Counted from the first letter of the stretch, positions 1 to 10,620 are shown. The stretch is DNA of 64,000 nucleotides from a bacterium (GCA_021780155.1 JAJXZH010000011.1:846-64845), one strand, 5' to 3'. The notes: a model not told the origin generated them from the letters alone. Program-made: numbers and translations.

Positions 1-147
1 GTTTATTTTTTGATTTTCAAAATAAATGTAAAAATTTACCCAACCAATAAAAACCGCTACGGCCAAAAAAATAATCCCCACCGCAAAAATCAACACCTTA
101 ACCGCCGATTTGCTCAATACATTTTTCATTAATCACATTATACCAAA

Positions 148-1635
148 TTAAATATGAATTGAAACGTTATCAATCAGATTAAAAAGTTTGGGGATGGACT
201 CAAGTTGCGCATATTTTCCTTTAAGTGATATGTTTTTGGTTATATTCTTTGATGCCTCAGGCAAAAATGGAGCCAGCATTACTCCAACGCTGTTTAATAA
301 AACCAGAAGATTAAACAAAATTTTTTCTTTTTCTACTTCTGGGATATCGGCGCTCCATGGCTTTTTTTCGTTGACATAACCGTCCCCAAAAGATATCAGC
401 GACCAAATTTCCGAAAGAGCGTCGTTAAATTTAAATTGATTCAAAAAATCATCAACATTTTTTTGAACCGTTTTAATTCTTTGTTCCAGCCCCAAATCAA
501 TCGCTTTAAAATCGTTGCGTATCGGATTTGGAAACTTGCTTGCCATACCCACGACTCTTGCCGAAAAATTTCCAAGCCCGTGCGCCAAATCGGAATTATG
601 GCGGTCAATAAATTTTTCTTCAGAATAACTTCCGTCTTCAAAAGGAGAAATTTCTTTCAAAAAATAATAACGGAGAGAATCGGAGCCGTATTTTTCAAAA
701 ATTTCGTTGGGGGAAATTATATTTCCAACCGATTTGGACATTTTTTGTCCTTCAACATTTATAAATCCGTGAACAAAGATTTTTTTGGGTAATGGCAATT
801 TTGCCGAAATCAACATTGCCGGCCAAATAGCGGCATGAAATCTCAGTATATCTTTCCCAATAACCTGGACATCGGCCGGCCACCATTTTAAAAATTCTTC
901 CTCGTCTCTTCCATATCCGATAGCGGAAATATAATTTGTTAAAGCGTCCGCCCAGACATAAATAACTTGCGATTCGTCTCCGGGAACGGGGATCCCCCAA
1001 GACAATTTATCTTTGGGTCGAGAAAAACTCACGTCTTCGAGTCCGTTTTCTATTAAAGACAAGATCTCGTTTGCTCTCCACTGGGGAATGATTTCAATTT
1101 CTTTGTCTTCTATTTTTTTCTTCAAAATTTTGGAATAAGCGGACAATCTGAAAAAATAGTTGTTTTCTTCAACCAATTCCGGCTCTTTATCGTGAAGCGG
1201 ACATTTGCCGTCAACCAAATCGGCGCTGGTTTTAAAAGATTCACATCCGGAGCAATAAAGTCCACGATAAGTTCTTTTATAAATATCGCCGGATTCTTCC
1301 ATCTTCGCCCAAATTTTAAACACTCCCGGCCAGTGGTTTTTGGAGTCGGTAGTTCTGATAAATTTATCCCAAGAAAGATTCAATATTTTTTTCAGGTCCT
1401 TAAACTTCTTGCTGTTGGCGTCAACAAGTTTTTTGGGAGTGATATTTTTTTGAAAGGCGGTTTTTTGAATTTTAGTTCCGTGTTCGTCGGTACCGGTTAG
1501 AAAAAAAACTTTCTGCCCCTTGGCTCTCGCGTATCGCGCCAAAACATCGGCTTGTATTTTTTCAAGAGAATGACCGATATGAGGAGCACCATTGGCGTAA
1601 TCAATGGCGGTAGTTATATAAAATTTTTTATCCAT
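148..1635 (-). CDS. metG: methionyl-tRNA synthetase
   Basis: Class I aaRS HIGH motif (PHIGHSLE) near the N-terminus and KMSKS (GQKMSKSVGN). Cys-rich zinc knuckle CSGCESF...CPLH typical of MetRS. Confidence 0.9.
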   Translation of the reverse strand: MDKKFYITTAIDYANGAPHIGHSLEKIQADVLARYARAKGQKVFFLTGTDEHGTKIQKTAFQKNITPKKLVDANSKKFKDLKKILNLSWDKFIRTTDSKNHWPGVFKIWAKMEESGDIYKRTYRGLYCSGCESFKTSADLVDGKCPLHDKEPELVEENNYFFRLSAYSKILKKKIEDKEIEIIPQWRANEILSLIENGLEDVSFSRPKDKLSWGIPVPGDESQVIYVWADALTNYISAIGYGRDEEEFLKWWPADVQVIGKDILRFHAAIWPAMLISAKLPLPKKIFVHGFINVEGQKMSKSVGNIISPNEIFEKYGSDSLRYYFLKEISPFEDGSYSEEKFIDRHNSDLAHGLGNFSARVVGMASKFPNPIRNDFKAIDLGLEQRIKTVQKNVDDFLNQFKFNDALSEIWSLISFGDGYVNEKKPWSADIPEVEKEKILFNLLVLLNSVGVMLAPFLPEASKNITKNISLKGKYAQLESIPKLFNLIDNVSIHI

Positions 1636-1653
1636 TGTTTATTTATTGGAAAA

Positions 1654-2664
1654 TTATTCTTGTGGTCTCCTTTTTCTTACCGACCACTCGTCAATCACCT
1701 CTTCAAAAATAATGCTTACCGGGACAGCCAACAAAACTCCGATAATTCCGGAAATTTCGGCTCCTGCCAGCATAGCGATAACAATTATCAGCGGATCGGT
1801 GCCAATAGCCTTGCTCATGACAAATGGCACCAAAAAATGGCCCTCTAATTGCTGAATAATGAAAAAAATCAAAACCGCCAACAACGCGGTTGAATATGAC
1901 TGGGGAAGAGTAATCAAAAACGTTATGGCGCCAACTGCTATCGGGCCAACATAAGGAATCAATTCAAACACGGCGGCAATCATTGCCAGCACCAGAGCAT
2001 AATCAACTCCCAAAATTATAAGCCCCAAGAAAGTAAGTCCACCTACAATAAAACTCAGAATCAATTGTCCCGACAACCAACGCCCTAATTTTCTTCTGGT
2101 TTTAAGATAAAGATTAACGGCATAATCCTCTTTATTTAGCGGCAGCACGGAACGGATAAATCTCTCCACTCCGTCCCTGCTTAACGTCAAATAAAACGCC
2201 AAAATCAAAGAAACGGCAATGAAAAAAATATTATTCAAAACACTTGAAAAAACTCCCGCCAAATTTCCCCCTCCATAAAACAAGACATTGATAATATTGG
2301 AAATTCCTTGATCAACTTGAGAAACCACACCCGAAGAACTGAAAAAATCAAGGACTGGAATTTTTAAGTCATTAAAATGAGACAAAAGATATTTAAATTG
2401 AATTAAAGTTACCGGCACTATCGTGTAAAGAAGCAAAAATAAAACTCCGATTCCAATCAAGTAGATAGCCATAACGCTCAAAACTCGCGGGATTTTTTTC
2501 TTTTCCAAATAAGTTACCGGACTATGAAGAGCCGAGGAGACGATTACCGCCACCAAAATCATCTCTAAGACGCTTCTGGTGTAATACAAAAACAGGGCAA
2601 AAATTGCCATAATCAAAATCTTCCAAAGGGAAGACCATTTTATCCCCGATGATTGGTTCTCCAT
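1654..2664 (-). CDS. AI-2E family (PerM/YhhT-like) polytopic membrane transporter, putative
   Basis: 336 aa with about 8 predicted TM helices. Size and topology fit the UPF0118/AI-2E family. No diagnostic motif was seen. Confidence 0.45.
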   Translation of the reverse strand: MENQSSGIKWSSLWKILIMAIFALFLYYTRSVLEMILVAVIVSSALHSPVTYLEKKKIPRVLSVMAIYLIGIGVLFLLLYTIVPVTLIQFKYLLSHFNDLKIPVLDFFSSSGVVSQVDQGISNIINVLFYGGGNLAGVFSSVLNNIFFIAVSLILAFYLTLSRDGVERFIRSVLPLNKEDYAVNLYLKTRRKLGRWLSGQLILSFIVGGLTFLGLIILGVDYALVLAMIAAVFELIPYVGPIAVGAITFLITLPQSYSTALLAVLIFFIIQQLEGHFLVPFVMSKAIGTDPLIIVIAMLAGAEISGIIGVLLAVPVSIIFEEVIDEWSVRKRRPQE

Positions 2665-2690
2665 TTATCTTTATTCTACTTCAAAATTGG

Positions 2691-3995
2691 TTATAAATAA
2701 AGAATTTTTTTGAATTTTTCGTCCGATTTATACGGACCAATAACCGAAAAATTAAGATTCTTATTTTGAAGTATCTGCCTTGCTAAACGAGCCAAATCGG
2801 CTTTTGTTACCGATTTTATCTTTTTTATAATTTGGTCGGGAGGAGAGGACTTACCTAAGACAATTTCCTGCTCTCCGTAGTAAAAAGCCAGGTCGCTGGA
2901 TGTTTCCAAGGAAAGCATAAAATTGCCCACATTGTGCTCTTTTGCCCTTGAAATTTCTTCGTCGGTTACCCCTTTTGAGACGACTTTTTTTAATGCTTGG
3001 ATAATCGCCTCAACCGCTTTTTGAGATTTTTTATGGTTAACACCGGCAAAAATCTCCAAATATCCGTGAGTGGCATAAAGACTGGGTGAAGCGCCGACAT
3101 AATAAGCCGCTCCCAATTCCTCTCTCACTTTCTGAAACAATCTGGAACTCATTCCGCCACCAATAATATCCGCCAGAATAGCAAGTGAAAATCTCCTTGA
3201 ATCAAAAATGGGGAACGCCTTAAAAGCCAGAGCAAAATGAGTTTGGTCAAGCTCCTTGAATTTAAATGTTGTTTTTGGTTTTTCTTGTTTATCCAAAACT
3301 GGTCGGCTCTTTATTTTTCCCCCGATTGGAACGCCGGAAAAATATTTTAGAGCCAATTTTTTTGCTTTTTGCAAAGAAATATTTCCGGCAAATATCAAAA
3401 ATGTTTTGGAAGCGACATAATGCTTTTTTCTGTAATCCAAAAAGTCGGACTTGTCCATTTTAACGATGTTCTCTTTCGGTCCGGCAACGTCCCACCCGGC
3501 AGGCTGGTCGCCATACATAATTTTTTCCAACATTTGCGAAACTTTTGACCTTGGTTGGTCCTCATACATATTAATTTCCTCTATTATTACTCCTTTTTCT
3601 TTTTTAATCTCTTCTTCTTTAAACAAAGGATTAAGATACATATCGGAAATCAAATCGGTTATTTGTTCGGCATGATCACAGGAAACTTTGCCATAATAAC
3701 CGGTTAAATCTCTTGAAGTGAAGGCATTGTAAGAAGCGCCTAAATTTTCAAATTCCGAAGAGATTAAAAATGGGGTGGGTCTTTGGGGGGTGCCTTTAAA
3801 GCACATATGCTCCAAAAAATGAGATATTCCATTATTGTTTTTTGTTTCATACGCCGAACCGGCTTGGACCAAAACAGCTACGGTAACCGATTTACTTTCT
3901 TTCATTGGAATAACCACCACTGAAAGTCCGTTTTTTAAATTGAATTTATTGAAATGCATAATTGACAATAATAGAACAAAAAAATAAAAAATCAA
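2691..3995 (-). CDS. M16 (pitrilysin/insulinase) family zinc peptidase
   Basis: Inverted zinc-binding motif HxxEH (HFLEHMCFKGT) near the N-terminus. Length 434 aa is typical of M16B. Confidence 0.8.
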   Translation of the reverse strand: MIFYFFVLLLSIMHFNKFNLKNGLSVVVIPMKESKSVTVAVLVQAGSAYETKNNNGISHFLEHMCFKGTPQRPTPFLISSEFENLGASYNAFTSRDLTGYYGKVSCDHAEQITDLISDMYLNPLFKEEEIKKEKGVIIEEINMYEDQPRSKVSQMLEKIMYGDQPAGWDVAGPKENIVKMDKSDFLDYRKKHYVASKTFLIFAGNISLQKAKKLALKYFSGVPIGGKIKSRPVLDKQEKPKTTFKFKELDQTHFALAFKAFPIFDSRRFSLAILADIIGGGMSSRLFQKVREELGAAYYVGASPSLYATHGYLEIFAGVNHKKSQKAVEAIIQALKKVVSKGVTDEEISRAKEHNVGNFMLSLETSSDLAFYYGEQEIVLGKSSPPDQIIKKIKSVTKADLARLARQILQNKNLNFSVIGPYKSDEKFKKILYL

Positions 3996-3998
3996 AAA

Positions 3999-5231
3999 TT
4001 ATTTATTTTCCTCCAACACCCCCAGCAACGCCTCTCTATCGGACCATTTTATTTTTTCTCCGTTTTTAATATGAATAAACTCTTCAGACCCTTTTCCCGT
4101 GCAAATTACAATATCGTTTTTATCCGCCAAAGAGACGGCTTTTTTTATGGCCTCTTTTCTATCCAATATTTCAAAGATGTTTTTTTCCGAAAACTTTTGA
4201 CTTAAAACTCCGGATTTTATTTTATTGGTGATATCTATCGGATTTTCGTCATATGGGTCCTCGTTGGTAAGAATTATTTTATCGCAATACAAAGCCGCAA
4301 TTTCTCCCATTTTTGACCTCTTCCATTTATCCCTACCTCCACCCGCCGAACCCAAAACGCAAATCAGTTGATTTTCTTTATGTTTTTTATTTTTTAAGTG
4401 ATTGTAAACCGCCTCAAGAGAATCCGGAGTGTGGGCATAATCGACAATTGCCGTAAATCGACTTTTTATCACCACCTCCATTCTTCCTTTGACCCCTTGG
4501 AAGTTTTCAATAGCAGATTTTATATCCTCCGCCGAAACACCGAAATTTTCCGCGACCATGGCGGCAGCGGAAACATTCGTTTTCATAAAATCAGCCGAAA
4601 GCGCTTGAGGAAGTTTTATTTTAAAAATATCCAAAGAATCTCGAGAAAATCTTATTACCGGAAAATTTTTTGAAGCTTTGACAAACTTTTCCGCATATTT
4701 ATCGTCGGTATTAACAAAAAATTTAGGAATTTTTGAATCAAACCTCGAAGAAGCATAATCAAAAAAAGACAGCTTCGCCTGCAAATAATTTTCAAAAGAA
4801 CCATGGGCTTCGATGTGCTCCGGATGGATATCCAAAAAAACTGCTCCATCCCAAAAAATAAAACGATGCCGATGCTGAGCGACTCCTTGAGAAGTAACCT
4901 CCACCAAAGCTACTTGGCATTTTTTCAATGCCGAATCGGATAGAAATTTTTGGATAAAAAATCTCCCCGGCATGCTGTTTCCGGTTGTGTTTTTTTCTAT
5001 ATCATCTCCCTTTTTGACATCCACCGAAGATATGAAAGCGGTTTTTATTCCGGCTTTTTCAAAAATATCGGACAAAATCGCCAAAGTTGTCGATTTCCCC
5101 TTAGTTCCGGTAATGCCGATAACTTTTATTTTTCTTGAAGGAAATCCGTAAAACAATGCCCCGAAAAAACTCATCAGCCAGTGATAAACGGAAAACAAAG
5201 AATATTTAATTTTTCTAATGACCTCGTTCAT
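3999..5231 (-). CDS. Mur ligase family protein (MurE/MurT-like) lacking the usual N-terminal domain
   Basis: P-loop GITGTKGKSTT and the DYAHTPDSLEAV motif characteristic of MurE/MurF-type ligases. Only about 40 aa precede the P-loop. Confidence 0.55.
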   Translation of the reverse strand: MNEVIRKIKYSLFSVYHWLMSFFGALFYGFPSRKIKVIGITGTKGKSTTLAILSDIFEKAGIKTAFISSVDVKKGDDIEKNTTGNSMPGRFFIQKFLSDSALKKCQVALVEVTSQGVAQHRHRFIFWDGAVFLDIHPEHIEAHGSFENYLQAKLSFFDYASSRFDSKIPKFFVNTDDKYAEKFVKASKNFPVIRFSRDSLDIFKIKLPQALSADFMKTNVSAAAMVAENFGVSAEDIKSAIENFQGVKGRMEVVIKSRFTAIVDYAHTPDSLEAVYNHLKNKKHKENQLICVLGSAGGGRDKWKRSKMGEIAALYCDKIILTNEDPYDENPIDITNKIKSGVLSQKFSEKNIFEILDRKEAIKKAVSLADKNDIVICTGKGSEEFIHIKNGEKIKWSDREALLGVLEENK

Positions 5232-5794
5232 TTTTTAGCAAAGATTTTTAATGCCGATTTTATTTTTTCTTCCGTTGTTTTGGCGGATGACGGAACCAAA
5301 GACAAAACTTCATCCACTTGTTTTTTGGAATACCCCAAAGAACGCAAAGCGTCTTTGGTCTCCGATAAAGCCGATTCGTTTTTGGCGCCATAAATTATTC
5401 CTTCTTTTTCCAATTTATCCTTCATTTCCAAAACTATTTTTGAGGCCGTTTTAAAACTCATTCCGGCATCTTTTAGAGTTTTGATATCTTCCCTTATTAT
5501 CGCCGACTTTAATGTTTTTATATCCAAAGAGTTCATTATTTTTAAGGCGATTTTGGGACCAATGCCGGACACCAAATTAAGCATTTCAAAAAAAACTTTT
5601 TGGGAATTTTTTTCAAAACCAAAGAGCTCAAACTGTTCGGGATATAAAACACAAAGAAGTTTGACTCGCTTGCCCAATGGAAGATCCAAAGCCAAATCGT
5701 TTAATATTAAAATCTTAAATCCGATTCCGGCAGTTTCCAAAACAACAAAGTTTTGGCCCTTGGCCGATATTTTACCGGTGATTGAATAAATCAT
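5228..5794 (-). CDS. ruvA: Holliday junction DNA helicase subunit RuvA
   Basis: N-terminus MIYSITGKI...VVLETAGIGFKI matches the RuvA OB-fold start. Length 188 aa. Confidence 0.8.
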   Translation of the reverse strand: MIYSITGKISAKGQNFVVLETAGIGFKILILNDLALDLPLGKRVKLLCVLYPEQFELFGFEKNSQKVFFEMLNLVSGIGPKIALKIMNSLDIKTLKSAIIREDIKTLKDAGMSFKTASKIVLEMKDKLEKEGIIYGAKNESALSETKDALRSLGYSKKQVDEVLSLVPSSAKTTEEKIKSALKIFAKK

Positions 5795-5845
5795 TTATAA
5801 AAACAATTATATCCCAATCCGATGTTATTAAAAAGGTCAAAATCG

Positions 5846-5874
5846 TTGACTTGTAAACAAATAGCTGTTAATAT
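5846..5874 (+). promoter_or_regulatory. sigma-70-like promoter for rpsT
   Basis: TTGACT (5846-5851), a 17-nt spacer, then TAATAT (5869-5874), about 30 nt upstream of the rpsT ATG. Confidence 0.45.
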
Positions 5875-5903
5875 CTAAAAATAAAATTTTAAACAAAAAA
5901 TAG

Positions 5904-6179
5904 ATGCCCAAAATAAAATCAGCCAAAAAAGCTCTTAGACAGAATATTCGAAGAAGAGCAAAAAACAACGAAAGAAAAACGGCTTTAAAAAAAGCGGTGA
6001 AAGATTTCAAAAAACTAATTGAGGCCAAAAAAATAGACGAAGCTCAAGACGCCTTAAAAAAAGTTTACAAAATTGCCGATAAAGTCGTTAAAACAAAATT
6101 CATAAAAAAGAACAAAGCCTCGAGAATCAAATCTCGAATGGCAAAAATGCTCGGTAAAAAAACCTCAGGCAATCAATAA
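5904..6179 (+). CDS. rpsT: 30S ribosomal protein bS20
   Basis: MPKIKSAKKALRQN...KNKASR lysine-rich 91 aa protein that aligns by eye with bacterial S20. Confidence 0.9.
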   Translation: MPKIKSAKKALRQNIRRRAKNNERKTALKKAVKDFKKLIEAKKIDEAQDALKKVYKIADKVVKTKFIKKNKASRIKSRMAKMLGKKTSGNQ

Positions 6180-6998
6180 AGACAATATTGCTTGTTCCGG
6201 TTCTAAAAATCCCGATTTGACGGCAACGTCGGCATCGGAGATTTTTTTTATCAAAGGTAAATTGCCGGCAGATTTAGAAAGATAATTCAAAATGGTATAG
6301 CTGTCTGTTTTTTGAAACATCAATTTTTCCCACAAGAACATTTTTTCTCCAATAGAATAATTGAAACAGACCGCTTTGGAAAAATCGAATATGCCGCTCT
6401 CTTGGCGATATTCATCCATAGAAAAAATAAGTTCTCGGGTTATGGGAATATTCAAAAAAGAAATTCTGTCCAGCTCATTTATGCAAGCATAAATATCTTG
6501 CTTAAAAAGTCCAAGAAAATAATCCAAAACCACCGGTTCAACTTTTATGTTTTTTAATTTTATTTCACGAACCAAGTATTCTTTCGCTTTGCTCTCGGAC
6601 AGTTTGTCAAAATAAAAATTTTTTAAACTGCCATCTTTCATAAAATTATCCAATATGGTCGGCGTTTTCCCTTTTTCCCAATTTTCGTTGAAAATCAAAA
6701 CACTTTCTTTGTCGACACCAAGCAAAAGAACAATTCTTTTGAAGGTATCACTCTCAAATTGAAAAGAGGAATTTTTTATTATTGCCACTCTTTTGGCGGA
6801 CTCAAATAAACTTCTTGGGACAATAAAGTCATACAAATTGTCCAACTCTCCCTCTTCGTCCAAAGAAAATCTTTTAAACGCCGTCTGGGGTTTTTTATCA
6901 AAAATTGCCGAACAGAGAGCTTCAAGCTTTTTGTTTCGGCCATATTCATCCGGTCCATTGAATAAATAGATCATTTTAATGGCTGACAATGGGGGCAA
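6165..6998 (-). CDS. DNA polymerase III delta subunit-like (HolA), putative
   Basis: N-terminus MIYLFNGPDEY resembles the HolA start. It is short (277 aa) and there are no ATPase motifs. Confidence 0.45.
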   Translation of the reverse strand: MPPLSAIKMIYLFNGPDEYGRNKKLEALCSAIFDKKPQTAFKRFSLDEEGELDNLYDFIVPRSLFESAKRVAIIKNSSFQFESDTFKRIVLLLGVDKESVLIFNENWEKGKTPTILDNFMKDGSLKNFYFDKLSESKAKEYLVREIKLKNIKVEPVVLDYFLGLFKQDIYACINELDRISFLNIPITRELIFSMDEYRQESGIFDFSKAVCFNYSIGEKMFLWEKLMFQKTDSYTILNYLSKSAGNLPLIKKISDADVAVKSGFLEPEQAILSLLIA

Positions 6999-7882
6999 AA
7001 ATAAGAAGACCTTTGACCTATCTTAACTCTTTTTATTTTGGTTTGGCAAAGAAGACAAGGCATTCCTTCCCGGCCATAAACATACCTTACCTTATCATAA
7101 CCGCCTCGCTTTCCGTAAGTATCGCGGTAATCGCTTGAAGATATTCCCCTCAGTTTAAGCGATTTTTTTATGATTTTTTTCGATGAAACAATAATTTTAG
7201 CGACTTCTTTTTTCGATAAAACATTGGATTTGGTTAGAGGATTTATTTTTGCAATAAACAATAATTCATCTCCATAAATATTTCCTATACCGGAAACGAC
7301 TTGCTGCTCAAGCAATATCGGCTTAACCGCTTTTTTTCTTTTTTTAAAAATTTGGCAAAGATAATCGGCATTGAATTTTTTAGAAAAAACATCCGGACCC
7401 AAATTTTTTAAATCTTTAAAATTATCCAACTCTTCTTGAGGAATCAAAACTACTTTGGCAAATTTTCTTAAATCGGAAAGCGCCATCTGTGCGCCGTTAT
7501 CCAAATAAAAAATCATTCTTATATAACTATTGTATTTGTCGGAGGAAATTGGCCCCTTGGTCTGAGGAATGGGAGTTATTTTTTTGCCTTCTTTTTTTAA
7601 TTTCCATTCGCCTATTAAAAAATGGCCGGTCATTTTCTGATGAACCAACATTGCCATGTCAGAATATTTTTTTTTATTCTTTGATTTTAATATAAAAATA
7701 ATATTCTTTCCCCTTCTTTGAACATCGGTTATAAAATAACCAACAATTTGATTGTAAAATTCTTTCGAAGAAAAACCCTTGATGAGTTTGGGTGTATCTG
7801 TCCAAAAATCAACGATGGTCCTTTTTGTGACTCGTTTTTTTAAATCATCAACAATTGTTTGCACTTCCGGCAATTCGGGCAT
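6971..7882 (-). CDS. mutM: formamidopyrimidine/endonuclease VIII-type DNA glycosylase (Fpg/Nei family)
   Basis: Catalytic N-terminus MPELPEV. C-terminal zinc finger CLLCQ...CPHCQ. Confidence 0.85.
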   Translation of the reverse strand: MPELPEVQTIVDDLKKRVTKRTIVDFWTDTPKLIKGFSSKEFYNQIVGYFITDVQRRGKNIIFILKSKNKKKYSDMAMLVHQKMTGHFLIGEWKLKKEGKKITPIPQTKGPISSDKYNSYIRMIFYLDNGAQMALSDLRKFAKVVLIPQEELDNFKDLKNLGPDVFSKKFNADYLCQIFKKRKKAVKPILLEQQVVSGIGNIYGDELLFIAKINPLTKSNVLSKKEVAKIIVSSKKIIKKSLKLRGISSSDYRDTYGKRGGYDKVRYVYGREGMPCLLCQTKIKRVKIGQRSSYFCPHCQPLK

Positions 7883-8036
7883 AAAAATAAATGACTAATA
7901 AATAATTATTGGTAGATAGTATAACACAAAAAATAATCGGCAAGGGAAAACTAACTATAGATAATTACGAGTTATCTTTTTATCTTATCACGTCCCGCTA
8001 CCCATATTTTTGTAATTATTTCGTATTTTGTAGCCC

Positions 8037-9365
8037 TTACTCAAATTCAATCAATTCTTTTTTTGGAATAACTTCGCGATTTGTCGGAAGAGTAAAATAA
8101 AAAGTAGTCCCTCTGTTGATTTCGGACTCCACCCATATTCTTCCCCCGTGACGAGTAATGATATTTTTTGCTATGTAAAGTCCCATGCCGGTCCCATCGG
8201 GAGAAAATTTAACAACATTGTCGGCTCTGAAAAATTTGGTAAAAAGTTTGTCTATCTGATTTTGAGGAATGCCGACGCCGGTATCTTTAATGGAGATTTT
8301 TACGAACGGCTCATTGTTTTCTTTTTCGGCAGAAACGGTAACTTCTCCGTTTTCAACGTTATATTTTATAGCATTGTCCAAAAGATTGGATAACACCATA
8401 TTCAATTTCTGCTGATCCACAAAAACATCGATTGACGGCTCTTGCGGTTTGGCAAAATAAAGTTTTATTCCATATTGTTTGGCAATAGTATTGGTTTGAG
8501 CCAAAAATTCTTCCAAATAAGATATGACATTTACCTGCTCAAATTGATATCCAAATCTTCCTTCTTCTATTTTTGAGACGTCCAAAAGGTCGTTGACGGT
8601 TTTGAGCATTTTTTTTGCCGCCGCAAAACCGGTGGTGACAAGTTCTTTTTGATCGGGAGCAAGTTGGCTGCTATTTAATCCCTCCAAAGCCCAGTTTATT
8701 GCGGTAAGTGGAGTTCTTAATTGATGAGCGGCAACAGTTATAAATTCGGTTTTTGATTTCAAAAGCTCCATCTCTCTGGTCCTGTTGGTTATCAATTTAA
8801 CAAATCCGGTGTTATTTCCTTCTCTATCAAAAATTCTATCGGTTACCACTCTCAAATCAAGTTCTGGAGCATCAAAAGAAACGTCAATTACTTGAGGATA
8901 AACACCGGGGTCGGAATGTTTTATCACCGCCGGCGCCAGAGAAGAAAAAACGACTTGCGCTAAGATTTTTAATTTTGGATCGTTGGCCATCGCTGCCGAC
9001 AATTTTATTCCGACAATATCTTCTTTATTTATAGAAAATATTTCTTGTGCCGCCGGATTAAAAGTAGTCACCTCAAAGTCGTTGCTATAGGCCAAAACTC
9101 CTATATTAAGATGCTCTACAATGCTTGAAACTTGGCCCGTCTCCGCCTTTAAGCGGACATTGATTTTAGAAAGCCTAAAGCTTGAAAAAATCATCAAAAA
9201 TAAAATAAGTGCCAATCCTCCAACAACAATCAATGCTATGCCTGATGGCAAATAAATAAAACTAATAACAAGAATAATAATTAAAATCGGCGCCAAGTAA
9301 AAAACAGGCCGAAACTCCGGCTGCATTAAATATTGAAAAAATTTTGAGCGCTTCTTGTCAATCAT
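8037..9365 (-). CDS. membrane-bound sensor histidine kinase
   Basis: Two N-terminal TM segments. H-box AAHQLRTPLTAI. N, G1 and G2 boxes (NAIKYN, DTGVGIP, GTGMGLYIAK). Confidence 0.85.
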   Translation of the reverse strand: MIDKKRSKFFQYLMQPEFRPVFYLAPILIIILVISFIYLPSGIALIVVGGLALILFLMIFSSFRLSKINVRLKAETGQVSSIVEHLNIGVLAYSNDFEVTTFNPAAQEIFSINKEDIVGIKLSAAMANDPKLKILAQVVFSSLAPAVIKHSDPGVYPQVIDVSFDAPELDLRVVTDRIFDREGNNTGFVKLITNRTREMELLKSKTEFITVAAHQLRTPLTAINWALEGLNSSQLAPDQKELVTTGFAAAKKMLKTVNDLLDVSKIEEGRFGYQFEQVNVISYLEEFLAQTNTIAKQYGIKLYFAKPQEPSIDVFVDQQKLNMVLSNLLDNAIKYNVENGEVTVSAEKENNEPFVKISIKDTGVGIPQNQIDKLFTKFFRADNVVKFSPDGTGMGLYIAKNIITRHGGRIWVESEINRGTTFYFTLPTNREVIPKKELIEFE

Positions 9366-9371
9366 TACTCA

Positions 9372-10604
9372 TTAATCTAAATTAAAAACATACAACTGAC
9401 CATCTAATCTATTTATAAAATAAATTTTGCCGTTCAATTCTTTTATTTTGGAAATGTCTAAATTTGTATTAGGTGCATTAAATAAAGTAGATACATCAAA
9501 ACTTTGCAAATCGATTTGATAAAGACCGTCATTAAAGTAAGCCCCCCTCATCAGATAATCATCGGGCAAAACGAGATCAGAGCCTTTGTTATTCAAAAAA
9601 GACAGGGCGCAATAAGCATATTTGGAATTGTAAGAAAAAGAACATTTCTCCGGAACAGTGCTTAAAACAATATCCGCCAATTTAGTCCCAGATTTATTTG
9701 TTAATGACACGTTATAATTTTTGGAATCGGCTGAAATAAATTCCATAGCATAATCAAATGGATAAGAAAATATTGCCCCAATTCCTTGACCTTGCCCAAA
9801 AAGATTGACTGTTTTTTTGTTTAAATCCAAGTACCATATTTGACCGGAATAATTAAAAGATTGTTTTGGCATTATAAAAATTTTATTCGCGTCTGGCCAT
9901 AGAATATTCGCATCCAAAATGTTTAAAGAAGATAGCAGAGTCACTTGATTTTTTGTGTTCGTCAAATTAATTGAATAAATATTTGCCGTTCCGCCGGAAT
10001 ATTTAAGAATAGCTAATTTTTTACCATCCGGGGAAAAATCAAAAGAGCTAACTCCCGAGCTTAATTCTTTCCAAACGCCAATACTTGAATCAAATAAAGC
10101 CAAGCTTCCGGAATCAAATTGAACAACAATTTCTTTGCCATCAATACTTTGGACTAATTTTAACGGCACTCCATAATTAGAAGCTGAAATAATTTTTTCT
10201 TGAAGAGGCCCCAAAATTTCAATCACCTCTCCTTTATTATTCAAATAAAAAACTCTTGGCAATACCTGGGAAGATGATGAAGTGGAGGTAGAGGTAGAAG
10301 TTGAAGAATAAATCCAATAATCAACTATCGTGTCATTATTGGTTAATAAAGATAATTTTTGCTTTTGTTGGTCATAAATTGACTGATCTTGAGTATTAGA
10401 ATTTGAAGTCGCAGAATTTGAATAAGAAGAATTATTTGATGAATAGTTATTACTGGAACTAGATGATGATATCGGCAAACTTCCCGATTGATTACTTTGA
10501 TTTGGGCTTGCGACAAATGATGATTTTTTGTAACCAAAATAAACCCCTACCCCTATAGCAATGATTATCAGAACAATTATCAAAACTAAAATTGTTTTTT
10601 TCAT
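9372..10604 (-). CDS. membrane-anchored hypothetical with Ser/Asn-rich linker and a beta-rich extracellular domain
   Basis: N-terminal TM. Long low-complexity S/N/T stretch. C-terminal part has alternating hydrophobic repeats (WD/propeller-like). No motif recognised. Confidence 0.35.
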   Translation of the reverse strand: MKKTILVLIIVLIIIAIGVGVYFGYKKSSFVASPNQSNQSGSLPISSSSSSNNYSSNNSSYSNSATSNSNTQDQSIYDQQKQKLSLLTNNDTIVDYWIYSSTSTSTSTSSSSQVLPRVFYLNNKGEVIEILGPLQEKIISASNYGVPLKLVQSIDGKEIVVQFDSGSLALFDSSIGVWKELSSGVSSFDFSPDGKKLAILKYSGGTANIYSINLTNTKNQVTLLSSLNILDANILWPDANKIFIMPKQSFNYSGQIWYLDLNKKTVNLFGQGQGIGAIFSYPFDYAMEFISADSKNYNVSLTNKSGTKLADIVLSTVPEKCSFSYNSKYAYCALSFLNNKGSDLVLPDDYLMRGAYFNDGLYQIDLQSFDVSTLFNAPNTNLDISKIKELNGKIYFINRLDGQLYVFNLD

Positions 10605-10620
10605 CTGTTATTTTTTATAA

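Noticed and set aside
188-1855. Several 60-120 aa ORFs on the strand opposite to metG and the AI-2E transporter (188..379, 436..792, 441..641, 752..1000, 1192..1500, 1552..1848, 1646..1855)
   Set aside because: They lie entirely inside or antisense to well-supported long genes. They have no RBS or motif and show AT-rich random composition. Similar antisense ORFs throughout the track were ignored for the same reason.
10250-10330. Short tandem GGTAGAGGTAGAAGTTGAAGA-like repeats
   Set aside because: They are the coding sequence for an STSTSTSTSSSS low-complexity linker in the 9372..10604 protein, not an independent repeat element.
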